Origin: the human T2T-CHM13v2.0 reference genome, Homo sapiens
NCBI RefSeq assembly: GCF_009914755.1
Contig: NC_060929.1
DNA length: 64,000 nucleotides
Strand: one strand, 5' to 3'
The position numbers and the translations under genes were made by a program. This document shows positions 14,181 to 29,861 of the stretch, piece after piece; positions within the stretch are counted from its first letter, which is position 1, and every line of letters begins with the position of its first letter. Below the pieces are notes generated by a model, which saw only the letters and a program-made list of their open reading frames with translations, was not told where the DNA came from and did no database searches.

Positions 14181-16186
14181 GTGAGTTCTTCCAGAATGTA
14201 GTAAACCTGAATATAAAAAAGGGCAGTAACTGACTTGTATACTTTAACATGGTTAAAAAGGTGGATTTTATGTTTTATATTTTACCACTATTTGAAAAAT
14301 TTTTTAAAGACAATAACTAGAAAGAATTGGATTTCTCTTTCTACTCTGGCAGGACCAAAAAAAAAATTTTGTAACAAACCAGTAGGTTAATGTGGTTTTG
14401 TTTTGCTTCGGTTTTGGTCAGCTTCATTTAGCCTATGATGGGTCATGGCTTTGAAACTTTTGTCTAGCACTTAGTCAGGCTGATGAGGCAGGATGACTTA
14501 TAAAGGTGGGTGTAAGAAGAGCCCTTGGATTACAGAGAACTGTAGTAGGTAGGAGAGATGCTAGACAATTCACTACTTAATCGTCAGTCTTCATTAATCC
14601 CTGGGGGGAGTAGCCTCTATGTTTCAGGCAGCTCTGGACAGTTAGTGTTTGTGCACATACCCAGTGATTTGTTGATGAGACTCTGTGGGCAACAACCACA
14701 GTCATTGTATATGCAACCTTGTGCCTACTGGCCTAATTTGCTTGTTACCTGAAACTGTGTCGAAACTAAAGTTTCCAGAAATTGAGTCGAAATGTTTACA
14801 AAATGTGACATGACAGTGCTCTCTGGCCTGAATGTGCATTTACTTGCCTTAGTTTATTCTTTATCTTAGTAATTTACTTCGTATGGTTTGGTCTCTGATA
14901 ACTTTCACAGATTCTGGTTAACACGAGTTACTAAAATTTGTGAAATAATAGTATCACATTGTGTTTCTTGGTACACATTTGAAGTCAGTCAAAACAATGT
15001 TTGAGAATGTGTCTGGCTCTTTAATGCCCTATGCAGCAGAGGACTTTGTAAAGGATTTCATTTCAATCCTAAATGACCTGTGAGAATCTGGTCTCAGGTA
15101 AAAATCTAGTTACATTTTGAGCCACTACCTAATTTAATTATCTTTGGATATACTTGTTTGCATAAACATTTAATATCTGATTGCATAGGTAATATGACAT
15201 TACCCTCTCTATCCCAATTCCTACCCTCTCTCTTGACACCCAGAAGTTTCTGCAGTTGGATTTCCTGTTTCATTGCAAGGCAGTATTGGAGCCTGCATTC
15301 CTAGCAGCTGAGAATAGAAATAACAAATAATTATTATTAATTTAATAATTGTTAATAGTGTAAATAGTTCATTGTTCCTACAGACTGCATTTTGAGAACT
15401 GGTATTCCTAATGTATTTCATATATTAAAAATGAAGTCAAGCGTTTTAGATTTAGGCAGGTAGCACTTAGAGAAAGGATCTCACAATCTCTGCTCCTCTT
15501 TGCACAAGTCTAGCAAAAGTGAAACTATGTTTATAGCTTCAGCTTTGATACAAACACTTTTCTCAAACAGATTCTAGACCCATGGGAAAAGGCTTCTTTC
15601 CTTGTGCTCCTTGAGAACACTGTGTAAAGAACGTACTAATGAAAGAATCTAAGGTCAAGAAGAATGAATGCACCTTTAAAATGACAAGTTTTATCTTGTT
15701 ACTCTCCTGCTAAAAACAGTCTGTTGCATTCTATGAGATGGTATGGATGGTGTCCAGATGCCTCACTAGGCCACACTCAGGGTCCTTGAATAGCTGCAGT
15801 TTGCCAGGCTTTTCTGCATTGTCGTGGTGGTCCTTCCCTTGTTGCTGCTGCCTGAGAGATACTGCCTGGTTCTTACAGACACAGATTATGTCATCCTTGC
15901 AGCCTTCACCCAAAGTTGCTCCCTCCTTCTAGGGCATTTTGTTTTCCTACTTAATACCAAGTGTCAGCATGTTAGTAATAAACAGGTGTCTCTACCATTA
16001 GTCAAAGGTGGGAGTTAAGCCTTTCATCTTTGTAGCTTTCTCCAGTACCTAACCATGATTTACTTCATGGGAAGTCCCTCAAAGTACTATTAATTATCCT
16101 GTGTTCTCCTGCCTTGCCTCTTAACAAAAATTCTGCTGTTCCTGATTATTTCCATTTTACCAGTGTTTTGTTCCTTTTCTATCCAG

Positions 16187-16291
16187 GCAGCATAATTCGT
16201 TGTATGAGGCGCCTGGAAGAATTGCTTCGACAAATGTGTCAAGCAGCAAAAGCCATTGGAAACACTGAGCTGGAAAATAAATTTGCAGAAG
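16187..16291 (+). CDS. MTREX: MTREX penultimate coding exon (105 nt)
   Basis: ttccttttctatccag acceptor, G/GTCAGT donor. (G)SIIRCMRRLEELLRQMCQAAKAIGNTELENKFAE(G), the conserved EGSIIR..RRLEELL motif of the Ski2/Mtr4 DSHCT domain. Confidence 0.97.
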
Positions 16292-16489
16292 GTCAGTATC
16301 AAATGGATAAGCTGTTTCTAATTTAGACAAATTTGGTGAAGCAAATCTTGAGCCCTGGACCACAACCTAGGAGGACGTTTTGAGATGTTCTTCACTGCAT
16401 TGTCATGGAGAGCTATCTACTAGTGTTTCTATAAAATTTAGTGTGTTGGGGGAAAAGTTGAGATTTTATATATACATGCATTTACGTAT

Positions 16490-16830
16490 ATTAATTGTAC
16501 GCTAACTACATGCCAGGCATTGTTTTAAGCACTAGGGGATATAGTGAACAAAAAGACACCCCTGCCTTCATGGAGTTTACATTCTAGTGTGGGGAGATAG
16601 ACAATAAGTCAACAATTAAATTTATCAGATGGTGATAAGTCTGTAAGATAAAAACAAAGCAGAAAAGACAATAGAATTGGCAGATGGATATGATGGTCTA
16701 GGGCCTCCACAGGGAAGGTGGCAGTTAAGGCCTTTGGTGTATGCTTGATGTACGTGAACACCAGCAAGAGGCCAGTGTGGCTGGAGCAGAATGGGCAGTG
16801 AGTAGAGGAGTAGGGGTTGAAGTGAGAAAG
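16490..16830. mobile_element. L2 fragment
   Basis: tgccaggcattgttttaagcactaggggatatagtgaacaaaa..cctgccttcatggagtttacattctagtg. Confidence 0.7.
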
Positions 16831-17425
16831 GAAATGATTCCATAGTTCCCAGCCCCAGGCTTCTCAACTCTGCAGTGACTGGAGGTGTGGAGTTTGGGAG
16901 TGACCTGCCCCAACTTGGACTTTACAAGGTAATTGTTGCTCTTACATTCAGGGCAAGTCTGTAGAGTAGCACAGTAGAAGTGGGGAGAACAGATCAAGAA
17001 AGGATGGCTAAACCAAGGTGGTAGTAATGGAGTGGTGGTGGGGGGGCAAGGGGCATAAGCTTCAGTCCTGTCTACTGACTCTTGACCAAGAAAAAGGACT
17101 AAGTTAATCAAAGAATATAACCACATTGTTGCTGAGTCAGTCAATGCTAGTGATTTCTGCAAACAACTTAGTGTCCTAAGAAGAGGTTTGCAAAAACTGG
17201 CTGATATTTCCACAGTTGATAAATGTAGGCCTGTTTAATGACTCAGAATTTAAGTGTAGGTGTCAAAGTTTTAAAAATAATTTGTAATCAAAATTTGTAT
17301 TTGTCCTTCCTTGGCCTAGAAAGAATTTCACATGGGAACTGAAAAAAAAGTGTCTTCTGATATAGGTTGAAAATCCAAGTCTTTGGATTTTACATTTCTT
17401 TAGACAGTTTAGTCCTTCCCTATAA

Positions 17426-17754
<329 letters not shown>

Positions 17755-18028
17755 AGCATTTATCTTTTTAAACAGTTCTAGACACCTCTTTCCTGGCCAG
17801 CCCCCATGGAGTATTTCAGAGTCAAAAGAACAGGGGTCTGGCTTGTATGTTTTCCACCTCACAGAGGTGGCTGCAAATTCCTCTAGGTGTTCAGCAAGGT
17901 GTTTGACTTTCTAGGCTGCTCGCTTACCAGTTGAATCAGGGTTGGTATACTGGCTTTAAAATTTCGGTAGAGGCAAGTTAGGTGTTTTGTGGTCTTGAAA
18001 GTTTAAACCTTACTTTCTTTTCTCTTAG

Positions 18029-18081
18029 GAATCACCAAAATCAAGAGAGATATTGTGTTTGCTGCCAGCCTCTACTTGTAG
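18029..18081 (+). CDS. MTREX: MTREX last exon, coding part (stop TAG 18079-18081)
   Basis: tttcttttctcttag acceptor. (G)ITKIKRDIVFAASLYL*, the invariant Ski2/Mtr4 C-terminus SLYL. Confidence 0.98.
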
Positions 18082-18180
18082 AGTCAGCTAAAGGAATGTG
18101 AGATTTTAAATTATTGACCACCTGTTTGATTACAGTTGACTACAAATGCCTGCAAGTGTGGATTTGGTTCTCCCATACAT

Positions 18181-18186
18181 TTTAAT
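18181..18186 (-). terminator. PLPP1 poly(A) signal ATTAAA (cleavage near 18165)
   Basis: tttaat on + is ATTAAA on -. Four UGUA (CFIm) motifs lie on - upstream of it (TACA on + at 18229, 18233, 18243, 18254). Confidence 0.7.
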
Positions 18187-18264
18187 ATGTATTATATTTA
18201 AATCAAACATCATTCATAGAAAGCATATTACATACATGTTTATACATAAGCATTACATTTTTTT

Positions 18265-18270
18265 AATAAA
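18265..18270 (+). terminator. MTREX proximal poly(A) signal AATAAA
   Basis: AATAAA 184 nt after the stop, with a GU-rich element ggtggggcactgttttggtgg at 18281-18301. Confidence 0.7.
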
Positions 18271-18514
18271 AATGTATACAGGTGGGGCACTGTTTTGGTG
18301 GAAGGCTTGGAGTTTTTTTAATGAGTTTAGAGCTATTAGATAACCACTGAGTTAAAGGTAACTATGTACACACAAAGTGTGCATCCAAGAGGCATAGCAG
18401 CAGCAGAAGTCTTTAAAGGCTTGTACACCAGGAAGAAAGATGCATCCTCTTGCCTTGTGGCAATCATTTTCCTTTAGAAAACAGGCCAGCTTCACCTGGG
18501 CACCCTGCTGCCTT

Positions 18515-18643
<129 letters not shown>

Positions 18644-18869
18644 CTACAGTGCAAAATATTTAATGGTATAATTTAGATCAAGTTAAAAACTACATACAAA
18701 GTTGTGATCAACAGCATCCTAAGATAAATATAAACAAAAGGATATACTTTGAGGTGTACAGATTAAGCATATAAAAAATTAGAGACTAACTGGGATTTTT
18801 TAAAGATTATTCCAAATTAAGAGTTGCTTTGTTATGCCTTCAGCAAATAGCTTCATTTTGCCAATACTG

Positions 18870-18875
18870 AATAAA
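18870..18875 (+). terminator. MTREX distal poly(A) signal AATAAA (another at 18954-18959)
   Basis: AATAAA, then CA at about 18889-18890 and tgtgaattagtttttt downstream. Confidence 0.65.
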
Positions 18876-19118
18876 AGAGTTATTTCTACATGTGAATTAG
18901 TTTTTTCAAGTCATAATCCCCTAAAAAAACTATTTCTAGCCAGAGCCTTTCACAATAAAAATACTAAGATTTTACAAAAATACTAAGTTTTAGAAAGAGC
19001 AACCTAGTTTTTAACCTGGTGTGTATCCTGAAGTGACTTTTAATAACATTGAGATTCTTGCCCACTGCATAGTCTTCTCCTCAGCTGGGGATTTTTTGGA
19101 TTTTTTTTTTTCTATTTA

Positions 19119-19349
<231 letters not shown>

Positions 19350-19705
19350 CTAAAAGAAAAGAATAAAGAAAAAAATAGTTTATTTAACATAACGCAAAAC
19401 TTTTATATTAAGGAAGGGTTGGCATTTGAAATGATTATCAAAGTATTATTATATAGGGAACAGGACTTCTAGGCAAACATTCACGTACGCATTATTACCT
19501 AAATGTTAATCCTTTAAAGAAACAAAACTATTGCCCTACTAACTTGTTCACAAGAATCTATTGCCAGTCTAGCTATACCACCCTTCAAACTGTATACAAA
19601 CAGGTGTTTCCTTGTTTATGGCTTTCTAAACAGGATTTCAGGGACAGTTCCTCCCCTTGCAATTTGGGTTATAATTCTCATAGTCAAGACCAGTGCTGCC
19701 ATTGG

Positions 19706-20014
<309 letters not shown>

Positions 20015-21032
20015 CAGTATCGTGGTTAGTTCTGAGTCTTGGGATAAAGTGCTAGCATTCTGGGCACAGGTTGCCATTGCTCTGGGCCTATCTAGGGACT
20101 ATTTCATTAATTAACCAAAGAGAGCTCTTCTACCCTCAAATTGTTTAACAAGGCAACTGAGACTAAATAATCTGTATTTGCAAGTAATATAGGTTGTAGT
20201 TTAGTTATGATCCAGCCAAGAAGTGTATTCTTTCAACAGTACTTGTATCCCCTTTAAGTTAAGTTCTATGAGTTTTCTGTACACTAATCGGACCTAAGAA
20301 ATTCCCCTTTCTCATGTCAGTCTGCCTTTGACTTTGGGTGCATCTCTGAAGGTTTTATGTAGAAATGATTCTTTTTAGGGAGTCTGCTCTCATTAAAAAA
20401 AAGAAAAAGAAAACTACCTAATTTCTATCCAATAACAATATAATTTATAACATTCCCTTTAAAATTCTGTTCAATAATATATGACTCGTAGACTTAATTA
20501 AATGCAGTCCTTAGAAAACAATATACATAGCTCTCCCCATGGACACTGCCTATTTAAAATAGATGACACAAATCCATTCCCAGCTCTCTGGGCACTGCCA
20601 TGGGTGTTCAGTCACCAAAAGCTGGCAAAGACCCAGGGCTTATCTAATTTTATCAAGTACTTAGTATAAACCATCTAGTTCTAAAAGAGCACACCAGCTG
20701 TTTAACTGAGTCTGACTCATCAGCAAGTTTAAGAACCACTGGCTTTCTGCAGAATCCTTATTTTTGTTTGTTGTTCAAGCTGTGAAAAAAGTAAGTAGTC
20801 AAATCAAAAATAGCAACTCTAGAATGGACTTAAGCTAGTCCCATGCTACTTCCAACCTGAAGGAAACTCAGAGCTAGGACTTCAAGGTCTTTCCTCTTTT
20901 AAGATTCTAAAATCCCTGTAGCAATATTTCCATTCTAAAGAACCCTGACTTTCACTGTAGATAGCCTGCAAACTCATATTGAATATTATTTTCTCCAGAT
21001 TTCTTCCCCAACATGCCAGTGAAAAGAATTAA

Positions 21033-21390
<358 letters not shown>

Positions 21391-24300
21391 CGCTCCAACA
21401 CTTCTAAGTGAAGTCTTTCCCCCTATAAATAGCTGTTTTTCTCCTTACACATCTACCCAAGAATAGAGGTTTCCCCCATCAGTGAAACTCTGACCATGGA
21501 CCCAGAAATTATTTCACCGTGAGAATTCTGGGATGCCCCAGTTGTGGTTCTGTACCTAACCTTGTGCTCTAGGCTTTGGCTTCTCTAGTGACAAACAGGC
21601 ATGGCCTGAGTGTGCTTCCTATGTGCCCATACTGCGTTTCCCTGGGTCAGGGTACTCGGTGTAGCTCTGTGAAGACTTCCATTTCTGTAGAGCTCAAGAA
21701 AGTGGACACCCTGAATTTCTCAGACCTTGGGTAAACTTGAATTCCACAGCTGACATGCCCAGAAATCCGGACTGGCTTTTCCCCTCCCACCTTGCCAGCA
21801 AAAGTTTCCTATATGCGTAAGTTCAACAAAGCTAAAAAGTAGTGTCTTTCTGGTGGCTCTACTTTGATTCTGGGCAAAGCAAACACTTGACATGACTTCC
21901 TTTAAAAGAAAGTCTATTACTTTAGCTTTCCCTAAATGCCACTGAAAAGTTGAATGTCTGAAGCTTCTCAATACTGTTCTATTAGAACTAGATACAGGGG
22001 ACATAGCTCATGCTTCAGCGCCAAGGCTAATAGTAAAAAGGCTGTATAGGTTCCTTCCTTTGCAGATTCCACTCTTCTCTCCTCCCCATACATGCCATTT
22101 GCCAACCTTATCTATTAAACCCATTCTAGGTAAGGCATTCAGTTAGTTACTTCTCTCTTAAGAGTAGGAACTTAACAGAGCTGTATGTCCAATACAGTGT
22201 GTGGTACCAGACAGGCTCGGCAGCAACATTATTACTTTTAATTCCCCTTCTAGGTGGAATTGCCCATTCACAGTCAGTCCTATTTGGACCACATAGCCCT
22301 GCCTTCTCCTTGCATACCCACATCTCCCTGCACTGACTAGATGACTTACACCAGGCATCACCCAGAGATCTGCTGGGCTGTATTTTGTCTCTGGAATTTA
22401 TACCAGAAGTATGAAGGCGTTCTCTAATTTCAAAAGTAGTAGGAAGGATGCCTAATGGGTACATAATAGGTTATTTGCAAACTAAAGTTAGGAGGAAGCA
22501 AAAGCTATGGTCGAGGACAGCAAGCCATTTAGTAGAAAACAATGGAGTGGTTTCAAGATGGCTGACTAAAGTGCCCCTGGGTACTTGCTTTCTGCTTGAA
22601 GAACCACCAAAACAGTAGTAGATAAATCACACTTTGAATAGATCACCTAAGAGAGAATGCTGGAATTTACCACCAAAATGACAGGAAACACCTGAGGCAA
22701 GTAAGGAGAGGGAAGCAAGGCAGGGTACCTGGCAGGGATTGGTTGGGGAGGCTCCCCCATGCTGGAGAAGGGTAAGTGACCCCCAACAGTCAGCATCCGC
22801 ATTCCCATTGTGAAGTCCTGCAATCCCAGCCATGGAAGAAACCCTCAACCCACACAAACAGGGAACTTGGGGACTGCATGATGGCACTGCTCCAGAGAGG
22901 GAGCTCATCCCCCTGAGTCCTAAGCAGCTACAGCAGGGCACCATTTTGAGAGCCCCACCCCCAGCAGACTGCATCATTCCCTGAGGCCCAACAGCCCCTG
23001 CATATCCACATCTCTGAAGCCCCATTAAAGTCCCCCACCCACAGCTGGGTGCTGCCGCAGGGCCAAAGTATACAAGCTACTGGCAGTGAGCCAGCAGAGC
23101 CACTGTGCATTGTCAAGCCTGATTACAGGCTACCCTGTCCTGCAGATACCATCTGGGGCCAAAGTGCATGCTCCCAACCCACCTGTTTATGACTGCTGCC
23201 ACACAAAAACACCCCTACCTACCACAGCCAAGCCCTATACACACCACTGAGGGACCTATCCAGCCCGGCTCCACCTACCCCTATGCCCAAGCACACCATC
23301 GGGCGTTGGAGGGTGCACCTATCATTAACACCTGAGCACTCCTCCCAGGGGCCTCAGGAAGGGACCATCCAACCTGCTGCTATCACCACCCACATGCACC
23401 ACCTATGGGCCTGGGGACTAGCCACCCAGCCCATCACGGTCACCACCACCACCAGCGCAAACCACTTGGGAATCAGAGGGTTGTCCTGCCACTGCCCGCA
23501 CCACACCTGCTGTCTATGGGCAGCAAGCCCGAGGACCTTCCCACCGTGCTACTGCTGGCATCCAAGCAAGCTTCCTGGAGACCCAAGAATCAGCCCACCT
23601 GGACCCTCTAACATCAGTGCCAGCATACACTGCCCCAGGGCCCAAGGACAGGCATGCTCAGCCTGCTGCTGCCACTCCTGGGGCTCGAGGATGGGCCCAC
23701 CTAATGTTCCCATCTCCAGCAAATGCTTCATTGCAGCAATTAAAAACTGCAACTTAAGCCACTGAGGAAATCACACACAACTGATAACTTTACAGCCAAA
23801 GAAATCATACTGAGACTACACTATTGCATGCATCTGGAATCAAAGCCAAAGTGATCTACCCGACCAACACCACAGATATATCTTAAGGAAAATATCCTCC
23901 CCTATGAAGGCAAATTCAAAAAATTGGAAGAAGTGACTGTTAAACCAGATGTACAGATACCGAAATACGGATTCAAGAAACATGAAGAAGGAAATATGAC
24001 ACTTCCAAAGGAACACAGTAATTTTGTAGCAACAGATTCCAATGAAGAAATGTGTGAAATCTCAGAAAAAGAATTCAAAATAATGATTCAAAAAAAATTG
24101 AAAAAGCTCAGTGAGATACAAGAAAACAGCAATCAGAAAAATAATACAAAGAAATCAGAGAAACCATTTAGGATATGAATGAGAAAATTCCCAAAGACAT
24201 AGATATAAAAAAAAATTCTGAAATTGATGAATTCATTGAATGAAATATAAAATAGATCCAACAGTTTCAACAATAGACTGCATCAAGCAGAACTTCAGAA

Positions 24301-25245
24301 CTTCAAAAATTAGGTCTTTTGAACCCAGACAAAAATAAGAAAGAATGAGCAACAGCTCTGTGACATATGTGACACCATAAAGTCATCAAATATTCAAATT
24401 TTTGGTGTCTCAGAAAACAAAAATAAAAGGGATAGAAAACCTATTTGATTAAGTAATACCCGAAAACTTCCCAAGTCTAGCAAGAGATTTAGACACCCAG
24501 GCACAGGAAGCTTAGAAAACCCCAAATAGATGCAATTCAAAAATCCATGGCATATTACAGTCAAACTGTCAAAAGTCAGAGAATAAAACAGCAAGAGAAA
24601 AGTATCAAGTCACTTAGAAGGGGAACACCTATCAGACTAACAGTGAATTTCTCAGCAGCCACCTTACAGGCTAGGAGAAAATGGGATGATGTATTGAATG
24701 TGCTGAAAGAAAAATAAACCCCACCAGCCAAACTATTCTCAGATCGTGATGGAATAAAACTGGAAATGAATAATGAGGAACTTGGGAAATTGTACAAATG
24801 CATGAAAATTAAACAACATGCTCCTGAATGACCACTGGGTCAGGGAATAAATTAAGAAAGGAATAAAAAAATTTCTTGAAACAAATGAAAATAGAGGCAG
24901 GACATACCGAAACCCAAAAACAATGCTAGGAGGTAAATTAATACCAATAAACGCCCACATCAAAAATCTAGAAAGATTTCAAGTAAATAATCTAACAATG
25001 CAACTCAAGATAGTAGAAAAACAAGAACAAACCTAAAATTGGTGGAAGAAAAATACTAAAGAGCAGAGCAGAACTTAACAAAATGAACTCTTAAAAGTAC
25101 AAAGGATCAACAAAAAAAGTTGCTTTTATGAAAGGATAAATGAAATCGACAAGAGAAAAAGAAAACCCAAATAAATTCAGAAATGAAAAAGACATTACAA
25201 CTGATAACACAGAAATACAAAAGAACATCTATCTCCAATCATCTA

Positions 25246-25534
25246 TTTGGAGATAGGGTCTCACTGTCACCCAGTCTGGGGCACAGTGGCGTGATCATCA
25301 CTCACTGTAACCTCAGCCTCCTGGGTTCAAGTGATCCTCCCGTCTCAGTCTCCTGAGTAGCTGGGACTACAGAGCATGCCAGCATGAATAATTTTTCTTT
25401 TTCTTTTTTTTTTTTTGGTAGAGACAGGGTCTTGCTATGTTGCCCAGGCTGGTCTTGAACTCATGGCTTCAAAGGATCTCCCACCTCGGCCTCTCAAAGT
25501 CCTGGGACTACCGGCATAAGCTACCATGCCTAGC
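25246..25534 (-). mobile_element. AluJ in L1
   Basis: Diverged antisense Alu. Confidence 0.85.
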
Positions 25535-26321
25535 TATCAGAGACTACTGCTAACTGCTGTGCATGAACTGGAAAGCCCAGAATAAATGGATCAATTCCTG
25601 GATACATACAATCTTCCAAGATTCAATCAGGAAGAAATAGAAAACCTGAACAGACCAATAATGAGTAATGAGATTCAATCAGTAATAAAATGTCTCCCAT
25701 TTGGTCCCAATCCAGGACCAAATGGCTTTATTATTGAATTCTACCATACTTACAAAGAAGAACACCCATTCTCCTCTAACTATTCCAAAAAATTGAAGGG
25801 AATTCTCCCTAACTCATTTCATGAGGTGAGCATTACCCTGATACGAAAAACAGACAAGGATGCAACATAAGAAACCCATAAGCCAATATCTCTGATGAAC
25901 ACAGATGCAAAAATCCTCAACAAAATGCTAGCCAGCCTAATTCAACAACACATCAAAAAGATATTATGCCACGATCAAGTGTGATTTATCCCAGGGATGC
26001 AAGGAGGTTTCAACATAGGCAAATCAATAAATGTGACACATCACATTCAAATGTGATGAAAGTCTTTTAATAACATTCAACATCCCTTCATGATTTAAAA
26101 AAAAAAAAAACCTGTCCACAGGAACTACGCATGAAGGGGACATAACTCAACATGATAAATGTTGCATGAACACACAACTAACGCCATCCTAAACAGGGAA
26201 AAGCTGAAAGCCTTTCCTCTAAGAACTGGAATAAGACAAGGATGCCTACTTTGACCCCTCCTATTCAGCATAGCAGTGAAGACCTAACCCTGAGCAATGA
26301 GGCAAGAGAAAGAAATAAACG

Positions 26322-26630
26322 GACCAGGTGTGGTGGCTCACACCTGTAATCCCAGCACTTCGGAAGGTCAAGGCGGGCAGATCGCCTGAGGTCAGGAGTT
26401 CACAACAGCCTGGGCAACATGGCGACACCCCATCTCTACAAAAAAAAAAAAAAATACAAAAAATTATCCAGGATTGGTGGCATGTGCCTGTGGTCCCAGC
26501 TATTTGGGAAACTGAGGTGGGAGCATCACTGCTTAAGCACAGGACAATGAGGTTGCAGTGAGCTGAGATCGTGTCACTGCACTCCAGCCTGGGTGACAGG
26601 GAGACCCAGTCTCGAAAAGAAAAAAAGAAA
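26322..26630 (+). mobile_element. Alu (J/S) in L1
   Basis: TSD aagaaataaa. Confidence 0.88.
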
Positions 26631-26759
26631 AGAAATAAAGGCATCCAAGTTGTATAACAGGAAATCAAACTGTCCGTCTTCGCAGACAATATGATCTTAT
26701 ATGTAGAAAAACCTAAAGACTCTACCAAAAAACTCTTAGATCTGATAAATTCAGTAAAG

Positions 26760-27088
<329 letters not shown>

Positions 27089-27137
27089 ACTCAGTAAAGT
27101 TAAAGGATATAAAATCAACATACAAAAATCTCTAGCA

Positions 27138-27424
<287 letters not shown>

Positions 27425-27484
27425 AAATCTCTAGCATTTCTATACAACAATAGTGAATTAGCAGAGAAAGAAATCAAGAGGTCA

Positions 27485-27779
<295 letters not shown>

Positions 27780-29473
27780 GAGCAATCCCATTAACAATAG
27801 CTACAAAAAAAGAAGAAGAAGAAAAAAAGACACCTAGGGATCTATTTAACCAAGGAGGTAAAAGAACTCTACAAAGGAGACTGCAAAACACTGGTGAATG
27901 AAAATGCAGAAGACAGAAACAGGTGGAAAGATATCCCACGCATAAGGATCAGAAGAATTAATATGGTTAAAATGACCAGACTACCCAAAGCAATCTACAA
28001 ATTTAATGCAACCCCTGTCAAAACACCAATGACATTCTGCACAGAAATAGAAAAAAAAAATCCTAAAATTCATACAGAATTAAAAAAGAGCCAGAAAGCC
28101 AAAGTAATCCTGAGCAAAATGAAAAAAAGCTTGGAGGCATCACACTACCTGACTTCATATTACAAGGCTATAATAACCAAAACAGCACAGTATTGGTATA
28201 AAAACAGACTCGTCAGCAACCAATGAAACAGAATAGATTCCAGAAATAAGTCCACGTATTTACAGCCAACTGACTTTTGACAGAGGTACCAAGAACATAC
28301 AATAGAGACAGTCTCGTCACTAAATGGTGCTGGGAAAATTGGATATCCATATGCAGAAGAATGAAATTGGACCCCTATCTCTCAAGTAAGTTGGATTACA
28401 GACTTAAATGTAAGACCTGAAACGATAAAACTAATCAAAGAAAACATAGGGGAAACGCTTCAGGATATTGGTCTGGGCAAAGATTTTATGGCTAAGACCT
28501 TGAACACAGAGGCAATAAAAATAGACAAATGGGATTATATTAAACTAAAAACCTGCACAGCAAAGGAAACAATCAGGAGAATAAAGAGACAGTCTGTTGA
28601 ATGGGAGAAAATATTTGCCAAGTATTTATCCAGCAAGGAGCCAATATCCAGGACATATAAGGAACTCAACTCAACGGTAGAAAACCAAATACTCCCATTG
28701 AAAAGTGGGCATGGGGCATGAATAGACAATTCTCAAAAGAAGACGTACAAATGGCCAATAGGTATATGAAAAAATTCTCAATATCACTAACCAGGAAAAT
28801 GCAAGTCAAAACCACAATCTTACCTCAGTTAGAATGGCCATTATTAAAAAGACCAAAAAAACATTAAGAGATGCTGGTGAGGATGCAGAGAAAAGGAACT
28901 CTTCTACACTGCTGCTCGGAATATAAATTAGTCCAGCCACCAGAGAAATGCAGAAAAGGGGGCCTAATCCGGGGAAGTATGCTGAGGGAGATGTGCAGTG
29001 GTAACTGGGCTTTTTAAAAGGTATTAATACAAGAGATCACCTGGAACAGGGAGAATGGATGCGGAAGAATCTCCAGTCAGCTGCCCATACCAAAAAATGC
29101 TTTCCTTCCTTGATTAAAAAGGATGACTATTTCTAGTATTTATAGTCTCTGCTCCCAAATTTGGAGGCTATCCTGATATACATCAAGAGTAAATGTCATT
29201 TATCAAAAGAACACTTGAGTGTGCCACTAGTGTGATCCCTGCTGTAACGTACAGGAACACAACTCTAGAACTGGAAAGGAAGAGACATGGGTTTCCAGGA
29301 CACACAAATTTTAAATGAAGATTAATAGGAAAAACAAAGATACATCATATTCTTCACCTGACCTTCACACTCCTCCCTCCCCCATTTTCATCTATTAAAA
29401 TGGGCTGGATATACAAATACCACAGGAACACAACATATGGCAACCCCGACGCCTCAGAAGGAAACCACAGTTA

Positions 29474-29713
<240 letters not shown>

Positions 29714-29861
29714 TTAGAGCAATAAGAACACCAAGCATCACATTGCTCAAAATAACCAGGTGTTCAAGCCCAGAAAGGAGGGTTGCAGAAAGCTGGCCAT
29801 TCCACCTGCAGGCAGCAAATGCTTCACTGAGAAGCACAGAGGCCTTCCTCCCAGTCCCAAA

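Noticed and set aside
14460-14568. Perfect 10-bp inverted repeat ttgtctagca / tgctagacaa enclosing TGATGA
   Set aside because: Several such repeats are expected by chance in 64 kb. There is no D box before the 3' arm and no MITE features.
16184-16190. Tandem acceptor CAGGCAG at a MTREX exon
   Set aside because: A 4-nt shift would frameshift; this is a common configuration with no evidence of use.
16725-17213. 162-aa minus-strand ORF downstream of PLPP1
   Set aside because: Partly L2-derived, non-ATG start, no domain or splice support.
23283-23765. 160-aa ORF and overlapping ORFs in a GC-rich stretch
   Set aside because: They lie in the L1 5'UTR, where C-rich sequence has few stops; no recognisable protein.
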